Notes under the pieces: generated by a model
Database searches by the model: none
Told to the model about the DNA's origin: nothing
The model's input: only the letters and a program-made list of their open reading frames with translations
Program-made: the position numbers and the translations under genes
Shown: positions 42,524 to 51,382 of the stretch, in pieces
Layout: the number at the start of each line of letters is the position of its first letter
Position numbering within the stretch: position 1 is the first letter of the stretch
From: Syntrophales bacterium
Lineage (GTDB): Bacteria > Desulfobacterota > Syntrophia > Syntrophales > PHBD01
Direction of reading: 5' to 3'
NCBI GenBank assembly: GCA_963668175.1
Contig: OY764159.1
Span: 1,312,001 to 1,376,000 of the forward strand
Length of the DNA: 64,000 nucleotides

Positions 42524-42553
42524 CCGTCCCGGTCCGGTTAGAGATCCAGGCGG
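42524..42553 (-). promoter_or_regulatory. pan RNA motif-like hairpin in the panG-panB leader
   Basis: Minus strand CCGCCTGG-A-TC...GGACCGGG-A-CGG, homologous to 17526-17556. Confidence 0.8.
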
Positions 42554-42615
42554 ACTTTCCCGTTAACATATGCCTTCGGCTTCCGTCAACAGAAAACGCG
42601 GTAAATCCGCATCGG

Positions 42616-43428
42616 TCAGTCGTGGCGATGAATCAGATGGTGAGGATGGAGGTGGCTGTGGATCTCGCGGCCGTGATAATGGACATGCTCGTGGATGAGA
42701 TTGACCTTGAGGAGGAGATCGAGATCGTGGAGGATGTCGTCGGCGCTTCCTATGGCTTCCAGGCGGTGCTCTTCGGAAAGGACCGCCACGCGGCATTGAA
42801 GCTCGCTCACCAGCGACAGATCGTGCGTGGCGATCACGACGGTCTTTCCCGCTTCGCTGAGGGCGACGAGAAGTCCCATGAGGAAGCTCCTCGTCCGCGG
42901 GTCGAGACCGCCCGTCGGTTCGTCCAGAAGGAGGATGTCGGGATTCATCGTGAGCACCGAGGCGATGGCCACACGCTTCTTCTCGCCCCCGGAAAGCATG
43001 AAGGAGGGCCGGTCGGCGAGATGTCCTATCTCAAGCAGGGCCATGATATCAGAAACCCTTTGCTGTCTTTCCTGTTCGTCCATTTCGAGCTGCAGCGGCC
43101 CGAAGAGAAGTTCGTCCCTCACCGTGGGGCAGAAGAGCTGGACGTCCGAGTCCTGGAACAGGAATCCCATGCTGCTGCGGCAGTGTTTCAGGAACGCCCC
43201 GTCGCTTAAGTTTCCTTCCGTCAATTCCCGGCCCCGGAAGAAGACCCGGCCGCGGGAAGGTTTCAGCAAGCCGTTCATGATCTTGAGCAGGGAGGATTTA
43301 CCCGTGCCGTTGGAGCCGATGACGGCGAAACGGTCTCCCTCGCCGATGCTCAGGCTGATATCGTCGAGGGCGGGTATCAGGTCGCTGTAGCCGAAACGGA
43401 TCCCTTCCACTTTGATGATGTCCTTCAT
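42616..43428 (-). CDS. nikO: Ni/Co ECF transporter ATPase with His-rich tail
   Basis: GSNGTGKS, FQDSDVQLF, LSGGEKKR, LDEPT; C-terminal HEHVHYH...; start 43428 or 43434. Confidence 0.85.
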   Translation of the reverse strand: MKDIIKVEGIRFGYSDLIPALDDISLSIGEGDRFAVIGSNGTGKSSLLKIMNGLLKPSRGRVFFRGRELTEGNLSDGAFLKHCRSSMGFLFQDSDVQLFCPTVRDELLFGPLQLEMDEQERQQRVSDIMALLEIGHLADRPSFMLSGGEKKRVAIASVLTMNPDILLLDEPTGGLDPRTRSFLMGLLVALSEAGKTVVIATHDLSLVSELQCRVAVLSEEHRLEAIGSADDILHDLDLLLKVNLIHEHVHYHGREIHSHLHPHHLIHRHD

Positions 43429-44351
43429 ATCCATAGTAAAACAAACCCCGCCGTAAGAAATATGCAGCCGAAAAGCAGGCTGGGAACATCCGGGCGACCG
43501 AAGGCGCTGAGTTTCACTTCGTCGCGGAAGCCCCTGGACTGCATGGCCCGGAAAATCTCCTCGTAGCGCACCCGGCTCCTGCGGAACAGTGTGCCCAGCC
43601 TCCCGGCGACCCACGCTCTGGCCTCGACGTCGTCCGCGGCACCGGCCAGCCGGCTCTTCCGGGCGAGAAACATGTCGTCGATCGTCCTGGCCAGGATGAA
43701 GATATATTTGTGCGACAGCGTGACGATGAGGAGGAGCGTCTCCGGCACCTTAAAGACCTTCAGGGCTTTCACGAGGTCGCTGAAAGGCGTCGTCTGGACA
43801 ATAAGCGAGGCCGCCGCGATGGAGTTCAGTATCCGCAAATTCAGGAGGCATACGCCCTGCAGGCCCTGGGAGGTAATGCCGATTTCCCGGGGGAAGTGGT
43901 AAAGCCACCACTGGTGCGGTCTTGCGAGCTCGATTACGGGCAGAAGCATGTCGCCGGGGGTGACGACGTTGAACATGGCGGGGAAGGTCACAAGGAGGCC
44001 GAACAGAAGCGTGTATCGGAGAACACGGCCGTAGAAGCGGACAACACCGACGCCGGAGAAAACGGCCAGGACGGCAAGGGCGGCCGTGATGGCCAGTTCC
44101 GATACGATCTGCGTCTTGATGCTGACGAGAACGATGAAAAAGGCAAGGAACGCCACCTTGACCCGGGCATCGATCTTCTGGAGCCAGCCTCTCCCGGACA
44201 GACAGGACGGGTCGAAAAAACACTTCCCGATCATGGCGGAGACGCCGGCGATTCCGCGTTCGAGATAGGCATACCGGATGCGTCCACGGCCGCCTCCGAC
44301 AGCGGCAGGGCTGTTCTTTTCCAGGAGAAACGAGGGAAGGTTAACGTTCAC
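43425..44351 (-). CDS. nikQ: Ni/Co ECF transporter T component
   Basis: IDARVK, TTPF..L..AL, ARKSR, AMQSRGF. Confidence 0.85.
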   Translation of the reverse strand: MNVNLPSFLLEKNSPAAVGGGRGRIRYAYLERGIAGVSAMIGKCFFDPSCLSGRGWLQKIDARVKVAFLAFFIVLVSIKTQIVSELAITAALAVLAVFSGVGVVRFYGRVLRYTLLFGLLVTFPAMFNVVTPGDMLLPVIELARPHQWWLYHFPREIGITSQGLQGVCLLNLRILNSIAAASLIVQTTPFSDLVKALKVFKVPETLLLIVTLSHKYIFILARTIDDMFLARKSRLAGAADDVEARAWVAGRLGTLFRRSRVRYEEIFRAMQSRGFRDEVKLSAFGRPDVPSLLFGCIFLTAGFVLLWI

Positions 44352-44676
44352 GGTTTTTCAGCACCTTTGCGATGATCACGGCAAATCCGCCGACGAGAAG
44401 GATGCCCAGGAGTCCCGACAGGATGTAACTTGCCGTCTGGACCGTTCCGGAGGCCTTCTCCCCCCAGAACTGGTAGTCGGCAACGGGGGCCTTCCAAAGC
44501 TCGGCCGTCCGTTTCAGGCCTTCCGGGACATAGCCGAGCATCTTCTCCAGGGTCTCGGTCCCCCATTCGCCCCAGGCGTCGCCGCTGCCGCACCATTGCG
44601 GAAGGACGAGGCCGATGGGGGATAACAGGGCCATCGCGAAAAGTCCGCCCAAAAGTTTTTTGTGAAATGGCTTCAT
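44341..44676 (-). CDS. nikN: Ni ECF accessory membrane protein (NikN/PDGLE-like)
   Basis: LSPIGL..P, AWGEWG, P.GL, AP..DY, two TM segments. Confidence 0.75.
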   Translation of the reverse strand: MKPFHKKLLGGLFAMALLSPIGLVLPQWCGSGDAWGEWGTETLEKMLGYVPEGLKRTAELWKAPVADYQFWGEKASGTVQTASYILSGLLGILLVGGFAVIIAKVLKNRER

Positions 44677-44679
44677 GTT

Positions 44680-45360
44680 TCAGGTCCCTTTCAGGGCGTA
44701 AACGGCGCCGGGTTCGTTCTTCAGGAAATACCGGATCAGGAGGGCCGTCACGAGCCCTTCGATGATGCTGAAAAGGAAAAGGTGTTCCGCCGCCATCACC
44801 GGCAGAGCGATAGAAAGCGGATAGGGTGCGTAAAGGGGCCTTCCGTCCGGGCCGCCGGCAATAACGGGCTGAATGCCGAACAGAAAGGCCGCACCGATGG
44901 CGGCTACGAGGAGGCTGACATAGCCGGCAATAAAAGCGGCGGTCACGGTTCTCTTTGCGGTCCGGTTTCCGCCCCCGATCAGGCGGAAAAGCCATGACGC
45001 CGTAAAAGGCATGACGACGGCCATGGTGAGGATGTTGGCCCCGATGGCCGTGATGCCCCCATCCCCGAAGACGAAGGCCTGGATGATGAGGACCACCGAC
45101 ATGGCCACAACGGCCGTCCACGGGCCGAGAAGAAGGGCTACGACGGCCGCGCCGACGGCGTGGCCTGTAGTACCCCCCGGAATCGGAATATTGAACATCT
45201 GGATGAGGAAGGCAAAAGCAGCCGCCATGGCGAAATAGGGTACCTGCCCCGACGAAACCTCGGTGCGTATCTTCTTCAGTCCGATACCGAGGAATGCCGC
45301 TGCGCCGATATAGCAGGGTACGTAGGTTTGCGGGCTCAGGTAGCCGTCGGGAATGTGCAT
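44680..45360 (-). CDS. nikM: Ni/Co ECF transporter S component
   Basis: MHIPDGYL N-terminus, PIPGGTTGH, FGDGG.TAIGAN. Confidence 0.9.
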   Translation of the reverse strand: MHIPDGYLSPQTYVPCYIGAAAFLGIGLKKIRTEVSSGQVPYFAMAAAFAFLIQMFNIPIPGGTTGHAVGAAVVALLLGPWTAVVAMSVVLIIQAFVFGDGGITAIGANILTMAVVMPFTASWLFRLIGGGNRTAKRTVTAAFIAGYVSLLVAAIGAAFLFGIQPVIAGGPDGRPLYAPYPLSIALPVMAAEHLFLFSIIEGLVTALLIRYFLKNEPGAVYALKGT

Positions 45361-45375
45361 TTTTCTTTTTCCTCT

Positions 45376-45402
45376 GTGTTACATTGGATATATTCGTGTT
45401 AC
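45376..45402. promoter_or_regulatory. Candidate NikR operator upstream of nikM
   Basis: GTGTTAC-N13-GTGTTAC, two GT-N3-AC half-sites, between nikR and nikM. Confidence 0.7.
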
Positions 45403-45418
45403 TTCACGGGCAAAAAAA

Positions 45419-45835
45419 TTATTCGATCTCCTTGCCCGTGCTGGACATGCTGAGGGAGCCGTGCCGGATGCCTTTGACGGCAGTGAGCATGTCGGAGAGC
45501 CGCTTGACCTCCTTGGCCCTTCCTCTTACGGCGACGATTTCCAGACAATTGTCGTGGTCCAGGTGAATATGCTGGGTCGAAATGATCAGTTTTTGGAAGT
45601 CGTGCTGGATGTCGGTGATTTTATTAAGCAAATCTCTTTGGTGGTGATCGAAGATAAATGTAATGGCCCCGGCCACCTCCCGGTTTTCCTGCCATTCCTT
45701 TCTGACCAGTTCCTGGCGGATCAGGTCGCGGAAGGCCTCGGAGCGGCTTGCGTATCTCTTTTCCCGGATCAGGCGGTCGAAGCGGTCGAGCAGCACCTTG
45801 TCCAGGGAGACGCCGAATCTCACAATTTCGGACAT
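45419..45835 (-). CDS. nikR: Nickel-responsive regulator
   Basis: RFGVSL ribbon-helix-helix, SRSEAFRDLIR, HH, IQHD, HIHLDH.NCLE. Confidence 0.96.
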   Translation of the reverse strand: MSEIVRFGVSLDKVLLDRFDRLIREKRYASRSEAFRDLIRQELVRKEWQENREVAGAITFIFDHHQRDLLNKITDIQHDFQKLIISTQHIHLDHDNCLEIVAVRGRAKEVKRLSDMLTAVKGIRHGSLSMSSTGKEIE

Positions 45836-45848
45836 CGGGCACCATCCC

Positions 45849-45876
45849 GTAACACGTATTTGACTACTAATAACAC
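45849..45876. promoter_or_regulatory. Candidate NikR autoregulatory operator
   Basis: GTAACAC-N14-ATAACAC, an inverted near-copy of the nikM site including the CCTCT flank. Confidence 0.55.
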
Positions 45877-45991
45877 AGAGGAAATACCCTGTCCAGCAAA
45901 AAAAGACTACCCATCGTTACAATGACTGTGATATGATCCCGCAATTCCTGATGAATTCATGGAATGGAACGAGGTGCTGCAAGAATAAGCC

Positions 45992-46399
45992 ATGAGATGT
46001 CTCATTGTCGAGGATGACGCGGTCTGCAGTAAAATGATGTGGGGCCTGCTCGAACCTTATGCCCGGTGCGATATCGCCGTTACCGGGAAAGAAGCTGTCG
46101 CCGCTTTTCGCTCGGCCATTGAGGAGAAGAGTCCCTATCATCTGATGCTCCTCGACATCATGATGCCGGAGATGGACGGGCACGAGACCATACGGCAGAT
46201 CAGGAAGATCGAAGAGTACGAACTCAGCCGGATTTACCCCAAGGGCATCAAGATCATCATGACGACGGCCCTCGACGACCTGGAAAACGTCCGGCGCGCC
46301 TTCCGGTCCCTTTGCGACTCCTATCTCGTCAAGCCGATCGACGAGGAGACGCTGTTCAGCGAAATCCGTACCATGTACCCCTGCTTCGCCCTGCCCTGA
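45992..46399 (+). CDS. Single-domain response regulator (CheY-like)
   Basis: LIVEDD, LLDIMMP.MDG, MTTA, YLVKP. Confidence 0.9.
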   Translation: MRCLIVEDDAVCSKMMWGLLEPYARCDIAVTGKEAVAAFRSAIEEKSPYHLMLLDIMMPEMDGHETIRQIRKIEEYELSRIYPKGIKIIMTTALDDLENVRRAFRSLCDSYLVKPIDEETLFSEIRTMYPCFALP

Positions 46400-46525
46400 A
46401 GAACGCCCGCCGGAAACGCCATTTTCTTCCGAAGACCCAGAATCTTAGAAGGACTGCCCCGTCTTCTTTTTCCCGTAATTCAGATTGACTTACCTCCCCC
46501 ATTATTATATGACGCGCATGCACCA

Positions 46526-46658
46526 TGTGACAAAAATGACATATGTCTGATCCGGCATAACCGTTTCGCGTGGAAAAGCCTTATTTATCAGGCAAATAAA
46601 GACATGCAACGTTCGGCTTGCGCATAGACCGGGGTTGTTATATGTTAAATTTAATATA
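46526..46658. promoter_or_regulatory. Two candidate 18-bp palindromic operators upstream of modBC
   Basis: TGTGAC-N6-GACATA (46526-46543) and TATGTT-N6-AATATA (46641-46658); similar pair upstream of fdnG. Confidence 0.5.
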
Positions 46659-46880
46659 GATCTGGTATGATGGAAAGGGCCGTGGCGATGCAGACTGTTG
46701 ACGGCGCCTCCATTTTTTCATGCCGGAGATGAGCGGTTTCCTGTCGAACCCGTAACGATGCGTCGTGGTGAACAGGCGACAGCCTGTCGCGCGTGGGTTC
46801 CAGCAGTAATCGGGACATGTATCAGCGTTACGATCCTCGCGCCTGAGGTTCCGAGGATTAAGAGGGAGGATAACGGCGAA

Positions 46881-47531
46881 ATGGATTACCTCTCGCTTTT
46901 CGTTTCGTTCAAACTGGCCGTCGTTACGACGGTTCTGCTCATGGTCCTGGCAGCACCCCTGGCCTATTTTCTGGCCTATACCCGTTTTCCCGGGAAAGCG
47001 ATGGTCGAGGCCCTGATGAACCTGCCCCTGGTCTTGCCCCCGACGGTTCTCGGCTTTTATCTGCTCGTGCTGATGGGGCCCCGCGGCTGGGGAGGACGCC
47101 TGTGGGATGCCGCGGGCGGCGGTCCTCTCCTTTTCACGTTCAGCGGTATCGTCGTTGCCTCTCTTCTTTACAGCGTTCCATTCGCCATTCAGCCGATGAA
47201 GGCCGCCTTTGAGAAGATCGACCGCCGCTTACTCGAAAATGCCTATGTCCTGGGGCTTTCACGGACGAAAGCCTTTCTTCGCGTTATTATCCCCAACAGC
47301 ATAAGCGGTATCGCTGCCAGTGCGATTCTCGTCTTTCTGCACAGTCTCGGTGCCTTCGGCGTTCTTCTGATGGTGGGGGGCAGTATCCCGGGAGAGACGA
47401 AGGTCGCGTCGATTGCGATCTACGAGGCCGTGGAGACCATGAAATACAACGAGGCTGCCATGATGTCCCTCTGCTTTATTCCCATAAGTTACGGTTTTCT
47501 TCTCTTGATGAACAGACTGAACCGGGAGTAG
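46881..47531 (+). CDS. modB: Molybdate ABC transporter permease
   Basis: LPLVLPPTVLGFYLL, YS.PF..QP, LG.FG..LMVGGSIPGET. Confidence 0.92.
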   Translation: MDYLSLFVSFKLAVVTTVLLMVLAAPLAYFLAYTRFPGKAMVEALMNLPLVLPPTVLGFYLLVLMGPRGWGGRLWDAAGGGPLLFTFSGIVVASLLYSVPFAIQPMKAAFEKIDRRLLENAYVLGLSRTKAFLRVIIPNSISGIAASAILVFLHSLGAFGVLLMVGGSIPGETKVASIAIYEAVETMKYNEAAMMSLCFIPISYGFLLLMNRLNRE

Positions 47532-47534
47532 TGC

Positions 47535-48248
47535 ATGATACTGCAAGTTGTTTTGAAGAAAAAACGGGAATATATCGATATCGACATGTCCTTCTCCTGC
47601 GGCGAAGAGAGCCTGCTGGTCCTGATCGGACCCTCGGGCGGGGGCAAGTCGTCCATCATCCGCATGATATCGGGATTGGACAAGCCGGATTCGGGGAGCA
47701 TCACCTTCGGCGGCGAGACCTGGTACGATTTCGACCGCCGGGTATTCGTGCCGCCGCAGAAGCGGCGCCTGGGTTATGTTTTCCAGGATTATACGCTTTT
47801 TCCCCATCTCACGCTTTATGAAAACGCCGCCTTTGCCGCCGTCGACAGGAATGAAGTGGAAGGGCTTCTGGAATTCTTCGGCATCGCCCATCTCCGCGGC
47901 CAAAAGCCCCAAAATGTTTCCGGGGGGGAGCGTCAGCGCTGCGCCATCTGTCAGGCCCTGGCCCGGAAACCCCAGGTGCTGCTTCTTGACGAGCCCTTTT
48001 CCGCCCTGGACGTCATTACGCGCCGGTTCCTGCGTGAGGAACTGAAGCGCATGAAAGATAAGCTGTCCATCCCCTTTGTGTATGTGACGCATGATATCGG
48101 CGAGGCGCTTTTTCTCGCCGATGAAATCCTGCCCATCGTCGACGGCAGGATAGACAAAGGCTGGATGCAACGGACCATCACCCGTGAAACCGCTGCGGGC
48201 GTATCGGCAAAGGCAACCCGGGAGCCGCGTCTCTCCCTGGTCTATTGA
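47535..48248 (+). CDS. modC: Molybdate ABC transporter ATPase (no TOBE domain)
   Basis: GPSGGGKS, PPQKRRLGYVFQDY.LFPHL, SGGERQR, LLDEPFSALD. Confidence 0.88.
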   Translation: MILQVVLKKKREYIDIDMSFSCGEESLLVLIGPSGGGKSSIIRMISGLDKPDSGSITFGGETWYDFDRRVFVPPQKRRLGYVFQDYTLFPHLTLYENAAFAAVDRNEVEGLLEFFGIAHLRGQKPQNVSGGERQRCAICQALARKPQVLLLDEPFSALDVITRRFLREELKRMKDKLSIPFVYVTHDIGEALFLADEILPIVDGRIDKGWMQRTITRETAAGVSAKATREPRLSLVY

Positions 48249-48258
48249 AGCATAGGAG

Positions 48259-48861
48259 ATGCAACGAACTATGAATATCGGTACCTATTCCTACGAAGAG
48301 TATGTCCATCTCGTAAAATCGTTTCACGGCAGCCTGGCACCGGGGCTTGTCATCGGCGGTTTCATGGTCGATCTCGCCTTGAAGAACCTGCCCGACGGGG
48401 AGTTCTTCGACGCCATCTGCGAGACGTCGGTCTGTCTTCCCGATGCCGTCCAGTTGTTGACGCCTTGCACGACCGGCAACGGCTGGCTGAAGGTCCTCGA
48501 TTTCGGCCGTTTTGCCGTCACCCTGTACGACAAGGCCGGCGGCCGGGGCATCCGGGTTTACCTGGATATGGGCAAACTGGCGGCATGGTCGGAAGTCAAG
48601 GCCTGGTTCATGAAGCAGAAGACGAAGAAGGAGCAGGATTTCGATTTGCTGATGAGCCAGATCAAGGAAGCCGGGCACGGGATGTTCAGCATACAGACGG
48701 TATACGTGGAGCCGCAGAAACTGGCGCGGCCGAGACTGGGACCGGTAGTAATCTGTCCTTCCTGCGGGGAGGCCTATCCCGCGAGGGACGGCGGACGCTG
48801 CCGCGCCTGCGCCGGCGAATCGCCCTTCATCGAACCCGCCAGCCGGCGGCAGGCACTTTAA
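48259..48861 (+). CDS. FmdE-family protein with C-terminal zinc finger
   Basis: FHGS.APG..IG, ET..CLPDAVQLLTPCT.GNG, CPSCGE...CRAC. Confidence 0.85.
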   Translation: MQRTMNIGTYSYEEYVHLVKSFHGSLAPGLVIGGFMVDLALKNLPDGEFFDAICETSVCLPDAVQLLTPCTTGNGWLKVLDFGRFAVTLYDKAGGRGIRVYLDMGKLAAWSEVKAWFMKQKTKKEQDFDLLMSQIKEAGHGMFSIQTVYVEPQKLARPRLGPVVICPSCGEAYPARDGGRCRACAGESPFIEPASRRQAL

Positions 48862-49748
48862 GCGAAGACGTTCCAGATCATATCCGTCATCGGCTGAAAG
48901 CCTTTGTCCTGCATGATCATGTCCAGATGGATCAGGGCGAGGGCCGCAACCTCAACGTCGTAATCGTTGAGATTGTCGGAACGGTTCAGCGTGATCAGGT
49001 ACTTCTTGCAGTGATCGCAACTGAAGGCCGATTCCTGGCTCCTGTCGTCGATGTAAAAGAAGTCCATGCCGGCGGGGGACTCTTTTTCGCAGAAGGGGCA
49101 GATGACCCTGCTGAAGCGCCATTCGTAGGCGCACCTTGAGCAATGAAGCCAGCGCTGTCCTTCTTTATCCTTTATCACAGCCACCGCGGGCAGGGAACCG
49201 CAGATCGGGCAGTACCCCTTTTCCCAGGTGAATTCTTTCAATAAAGCGGAGGTCTCCTCCGCCCGCCTCTGCAGGATGACCGCGGCCGTGTATCTGAAAA
49301 GGAGGTGGACGACCGCCGGCGCCGTCCCGCATGCTTCCGCTTCCCGCTCAGCCGTTTCGAGGGGTTGCCGGCAATAGGCACGAAGCGTTTCGATAAGCTT
49401 CATTCCTTCGCTTCCGATCTCCTTTTCCAATACGTCCAACTCATCGGTAAGTTGAGGCATCCCTTCCCGTATTGCCGCAATGAGGGTCAGGGCCGCTGAC
49501 GCCGCCTGATTCCCGACATCAAAGAGATCGCACTGGGAAACGACCGGCACACCGCCGTAAAGCCTTTCCCTCTCGATACCGGTGCAGTCCGCCGCCGGCA
49601 GCGAAAGCTTTGCCAGAAGACGAGCTTTCTCAATCAGAATGGGTTTAAAGGCGGTGATGATCGCCCTTGCCTGGGGGATCTTTTCGGCGGCCTGGTCGAT
49701 GATCCTCTCTAGCCTCGCGGCCGCTTCATCGGTATGATGCGTGTTCAT
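48858..49748 (-). CDS. fdhE: Formate dehydrogenase accessory protein
   Basis: CPICGS.P, R.LHCS.C..EW...R..CPFC, CDHC..YL; follows fdnI. Confidence 0.9.
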   Translation of the reverse strand: MNTHHTDEAAARLERIIDQAAEKIPQARAIITAFKPILIEKARLLAKLSLPAADCTGIERERLYGGVPVVSQCDLFDVGNQAASAALTLIAAIREGMPQLTDELDVLEKEIGSEGMKLIETLRAYCRQPLETAEREAEACGTAPAVVHLLFRYTAAVILQRRAEETSALLKEFTWEKGYCPICGSLPAVAVIKDKEGQRWLHCSRCAYEWRFSRVICPFCEKESPAGMDFFYIDDRSQESAFSCDHCKKYLITLNRSDNLNDYDVEVAALALIHLDMIMQDKGFQPMTDMIWNVFA

Positions 49749-49794
49749 CCTTTTTCGCCTCTCCGGCGCCTGGAGGGTATTTGACCGCTCCGGC

Positions 49795-49830
49795 AAAAAG
49801 ATACCCCCGGCGACGTTTTGTCGCCGGGGG
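49795..49830 (-). terminator. Intrinsic terminator between fdnI and fdhE
   Basis: CCCCCGGCGAC/GTCGCCGGGGG stem with a T run on the minus strand. Confidence 0.7.
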
Positions 49831-49890
49831 AGAGATCGTTTCTAACATCTATAACGCGGATGCATGCAAATGACAAGGCCTGTCATCCGC

Positions 49891-50556
49891 CTAGTGGCCG
49901 TGGGCCGATTTCTTCTCTTCGCCGTAGACGACAAGCTTCCCTTCGTGCTCCATCTCCTTCAACCACTTGGGGTGCTGCTTGGCAAGCCACGCCCGCGTCA
50001 CCCAGCCCGTCAGCATCGCCGGCAACGATCCCGGCGATCCCACCGTCCCCAGGTACAGATGGACGAAGAAAAAGGCAAAGACCGCCACGAATCCCAGCGC
50101 ATGGAGCACGAACAGCCACCTTACCAGCCATGACGGAAAGCTCAAGGGAAACCACATGACGAGGCCCGTCAGCACCATGACCACGCCGAAGCCCGCCACC
50201 ACCAGGAAGAACATCTTCTGACCCGGATTGTACTTCCCCACTTCCGGAACCTTGTCCACATGCCAGACGTACCCGCCCCCGCACATGATCCAGTCCAGGT
50301 CCTCGGGCATCGAAAAAATGCCCGCCTCCTTCCACCACATCCCGATCGTGAACGCCAGGGCAAAGGCGAAAAAGACCCCCGTAAAGTTGTGAACGTACTT
50401 CAACGATTTCAACCCGCCCATGATGTCGCCGATGAAGTTCAGCGAATGGAACATCATCCCCAGTCCCGTAATGCACAGGATCAGGCAGGAAGCGGCCAAA
50501 GACCAGTGGACGATCCTTTCAAAGGCGTCCGTTACCTGAATAAGTCCTTTTCTCAT
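49891..50556 (-). CDS. fdnI: Formate dehydrogenase cytochrome b (gamma) subunit
   Basis: ERIVHW, HNFTG, GKYNPGQK, LHA....VHLY, AM.TG.V...W...HP.W. Confidence 0.92.
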   Translation of the reverse strand: MRKGLIQVTDAFERIVHWSLAASCLILCITGLGMMFHSLNFIGDIMGGLKSLKYVHNFTGVFFAFALAFTIGMWWKEAGIFSMPEDLDWIMCGGGYVWHVDKVPEVGKYNPGQKMFFLVVAGFGVVMVLTGLVMWFPLSFPSWLVRWLFVLHALGFVAVFAFFFVHLYLGTVGSPGSLPAMLTGWVTRAWLAKQHPKWLKEMEHEGKLVVYGEEKKSAHGH

Positions 50557-50558
50557 GG

Positions 50559-51371
50559 TTATTCACCTCCTTTGCCGTTGTCTCGGGGCTCTTCGTCGGG
50601 CAGTTTCGGCCCGTGGATGATGTAATGCAGGAACGAGCCCGCTATCACGCCGCCCGCCGCAATCAAGCTGAGCGGCTTCAGGAAGTCCTTCCAGAGAACG
50701 ACCGCCAGCGGCACCGACGGGCTCGTCGGCAGCTTGTCGTACACGGACGGCTTCTCGTCCAGGACGTACATCACGTGCGTCCCCTTGACGAACTTGTCCC
50801 CGTATACGTTCGCGTCCTCACGCCCCTGGCTTTTCAGCTCTTCCACGCGCTTGTAAGCCTTCTTGATCATGCCATCCTTGCCGCCGATGGTGAGTGCGCC
50901 CGTCGGACAAGATTTGACGCAGGCCGGGGTGAGGCCTTCCATGAGCCGGTTATAACAGAGGTCGCATTTATAGATTCTATCGGTTGTCCGGTCGTACTTC
51001 GGGACTTCGAAGGGGCAGGCGGATGTACATTCCTTGCAGCCGATGCACAGATCCTTTTTGAGGCCTACCGTTCCGAAGTCCGTGTGGTAAAGGGCGCCGC
51101 TCGGACAGACCTTGACGCAGGCGGCGTCGGTGCAGTGCATGCAGCCGTCCTTTCGGAAGAGCCACTTGAAGGCGCCTTTGCTGTCTTCGTACTCCTGAAA
51201 GCGGATCAGCGTCCATGTATTCCACTGCAGGTCGGGCGGATTCTGATAACTGCCCCACTGACGTGTCCGGAGGCCCGGCATTTCGTTCCACTGCTTGCAG
51301 GCGACCTGACAGCCGCGGCAGGCAGTGCACTTTGTCGTATCGATCAGTTTTACAAGTTCGGTTCCTTTCAT
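50559..51371 (-). CDS. fdnH: Formate dehydrogenase iron-sulfur (beta) subunit
   Basis: Four 4Fe-4S motifs (CTACRGCQVAC, CMHC..AACVKVCP, CIGCKEC..ACP, CDLC..CVKSCP); C-terminal TM followed by HY...GP. Confidence 0.93.
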   Translation of the reverse strand: MKGTELVKLIDTTKCTACRGCQVACKQWNEMPGLRTRQWGSYQNPPDLQWNTWTLIRFQEYEDSKGAFKWLFRKDGCMHCTDAACVKVCPSGALYHTDFGTVGLKKDLCIGCKECTSACPFEVPKYDRTTDRIYKCDLCYNRLMEGLTPACVKSCPTGALTIGGKDGMIKKAYKRVEELKSQGREDANVYGDKFVKGTHVMYVLDEKPSVYDKLPTSPSVPLAVVLWKDFLKPLSLIAAGGVIAGSFLHYIIHGPKLPDEEPRDNGKGGE

Positions 51372-51382
51372 AGCCTCTTCTC

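Noticed and set aside
42616..42700. His-rich C-terminus of the ECF ATPase as a novelty
   Set aside because: His-rich tails are a familiar feature of Ni/Co ECF ATPases.
46690..46870. Moco riboswitch upstream of modB
   Set aside because: I could not match the conserved motif elements by eye; needs cmscan.
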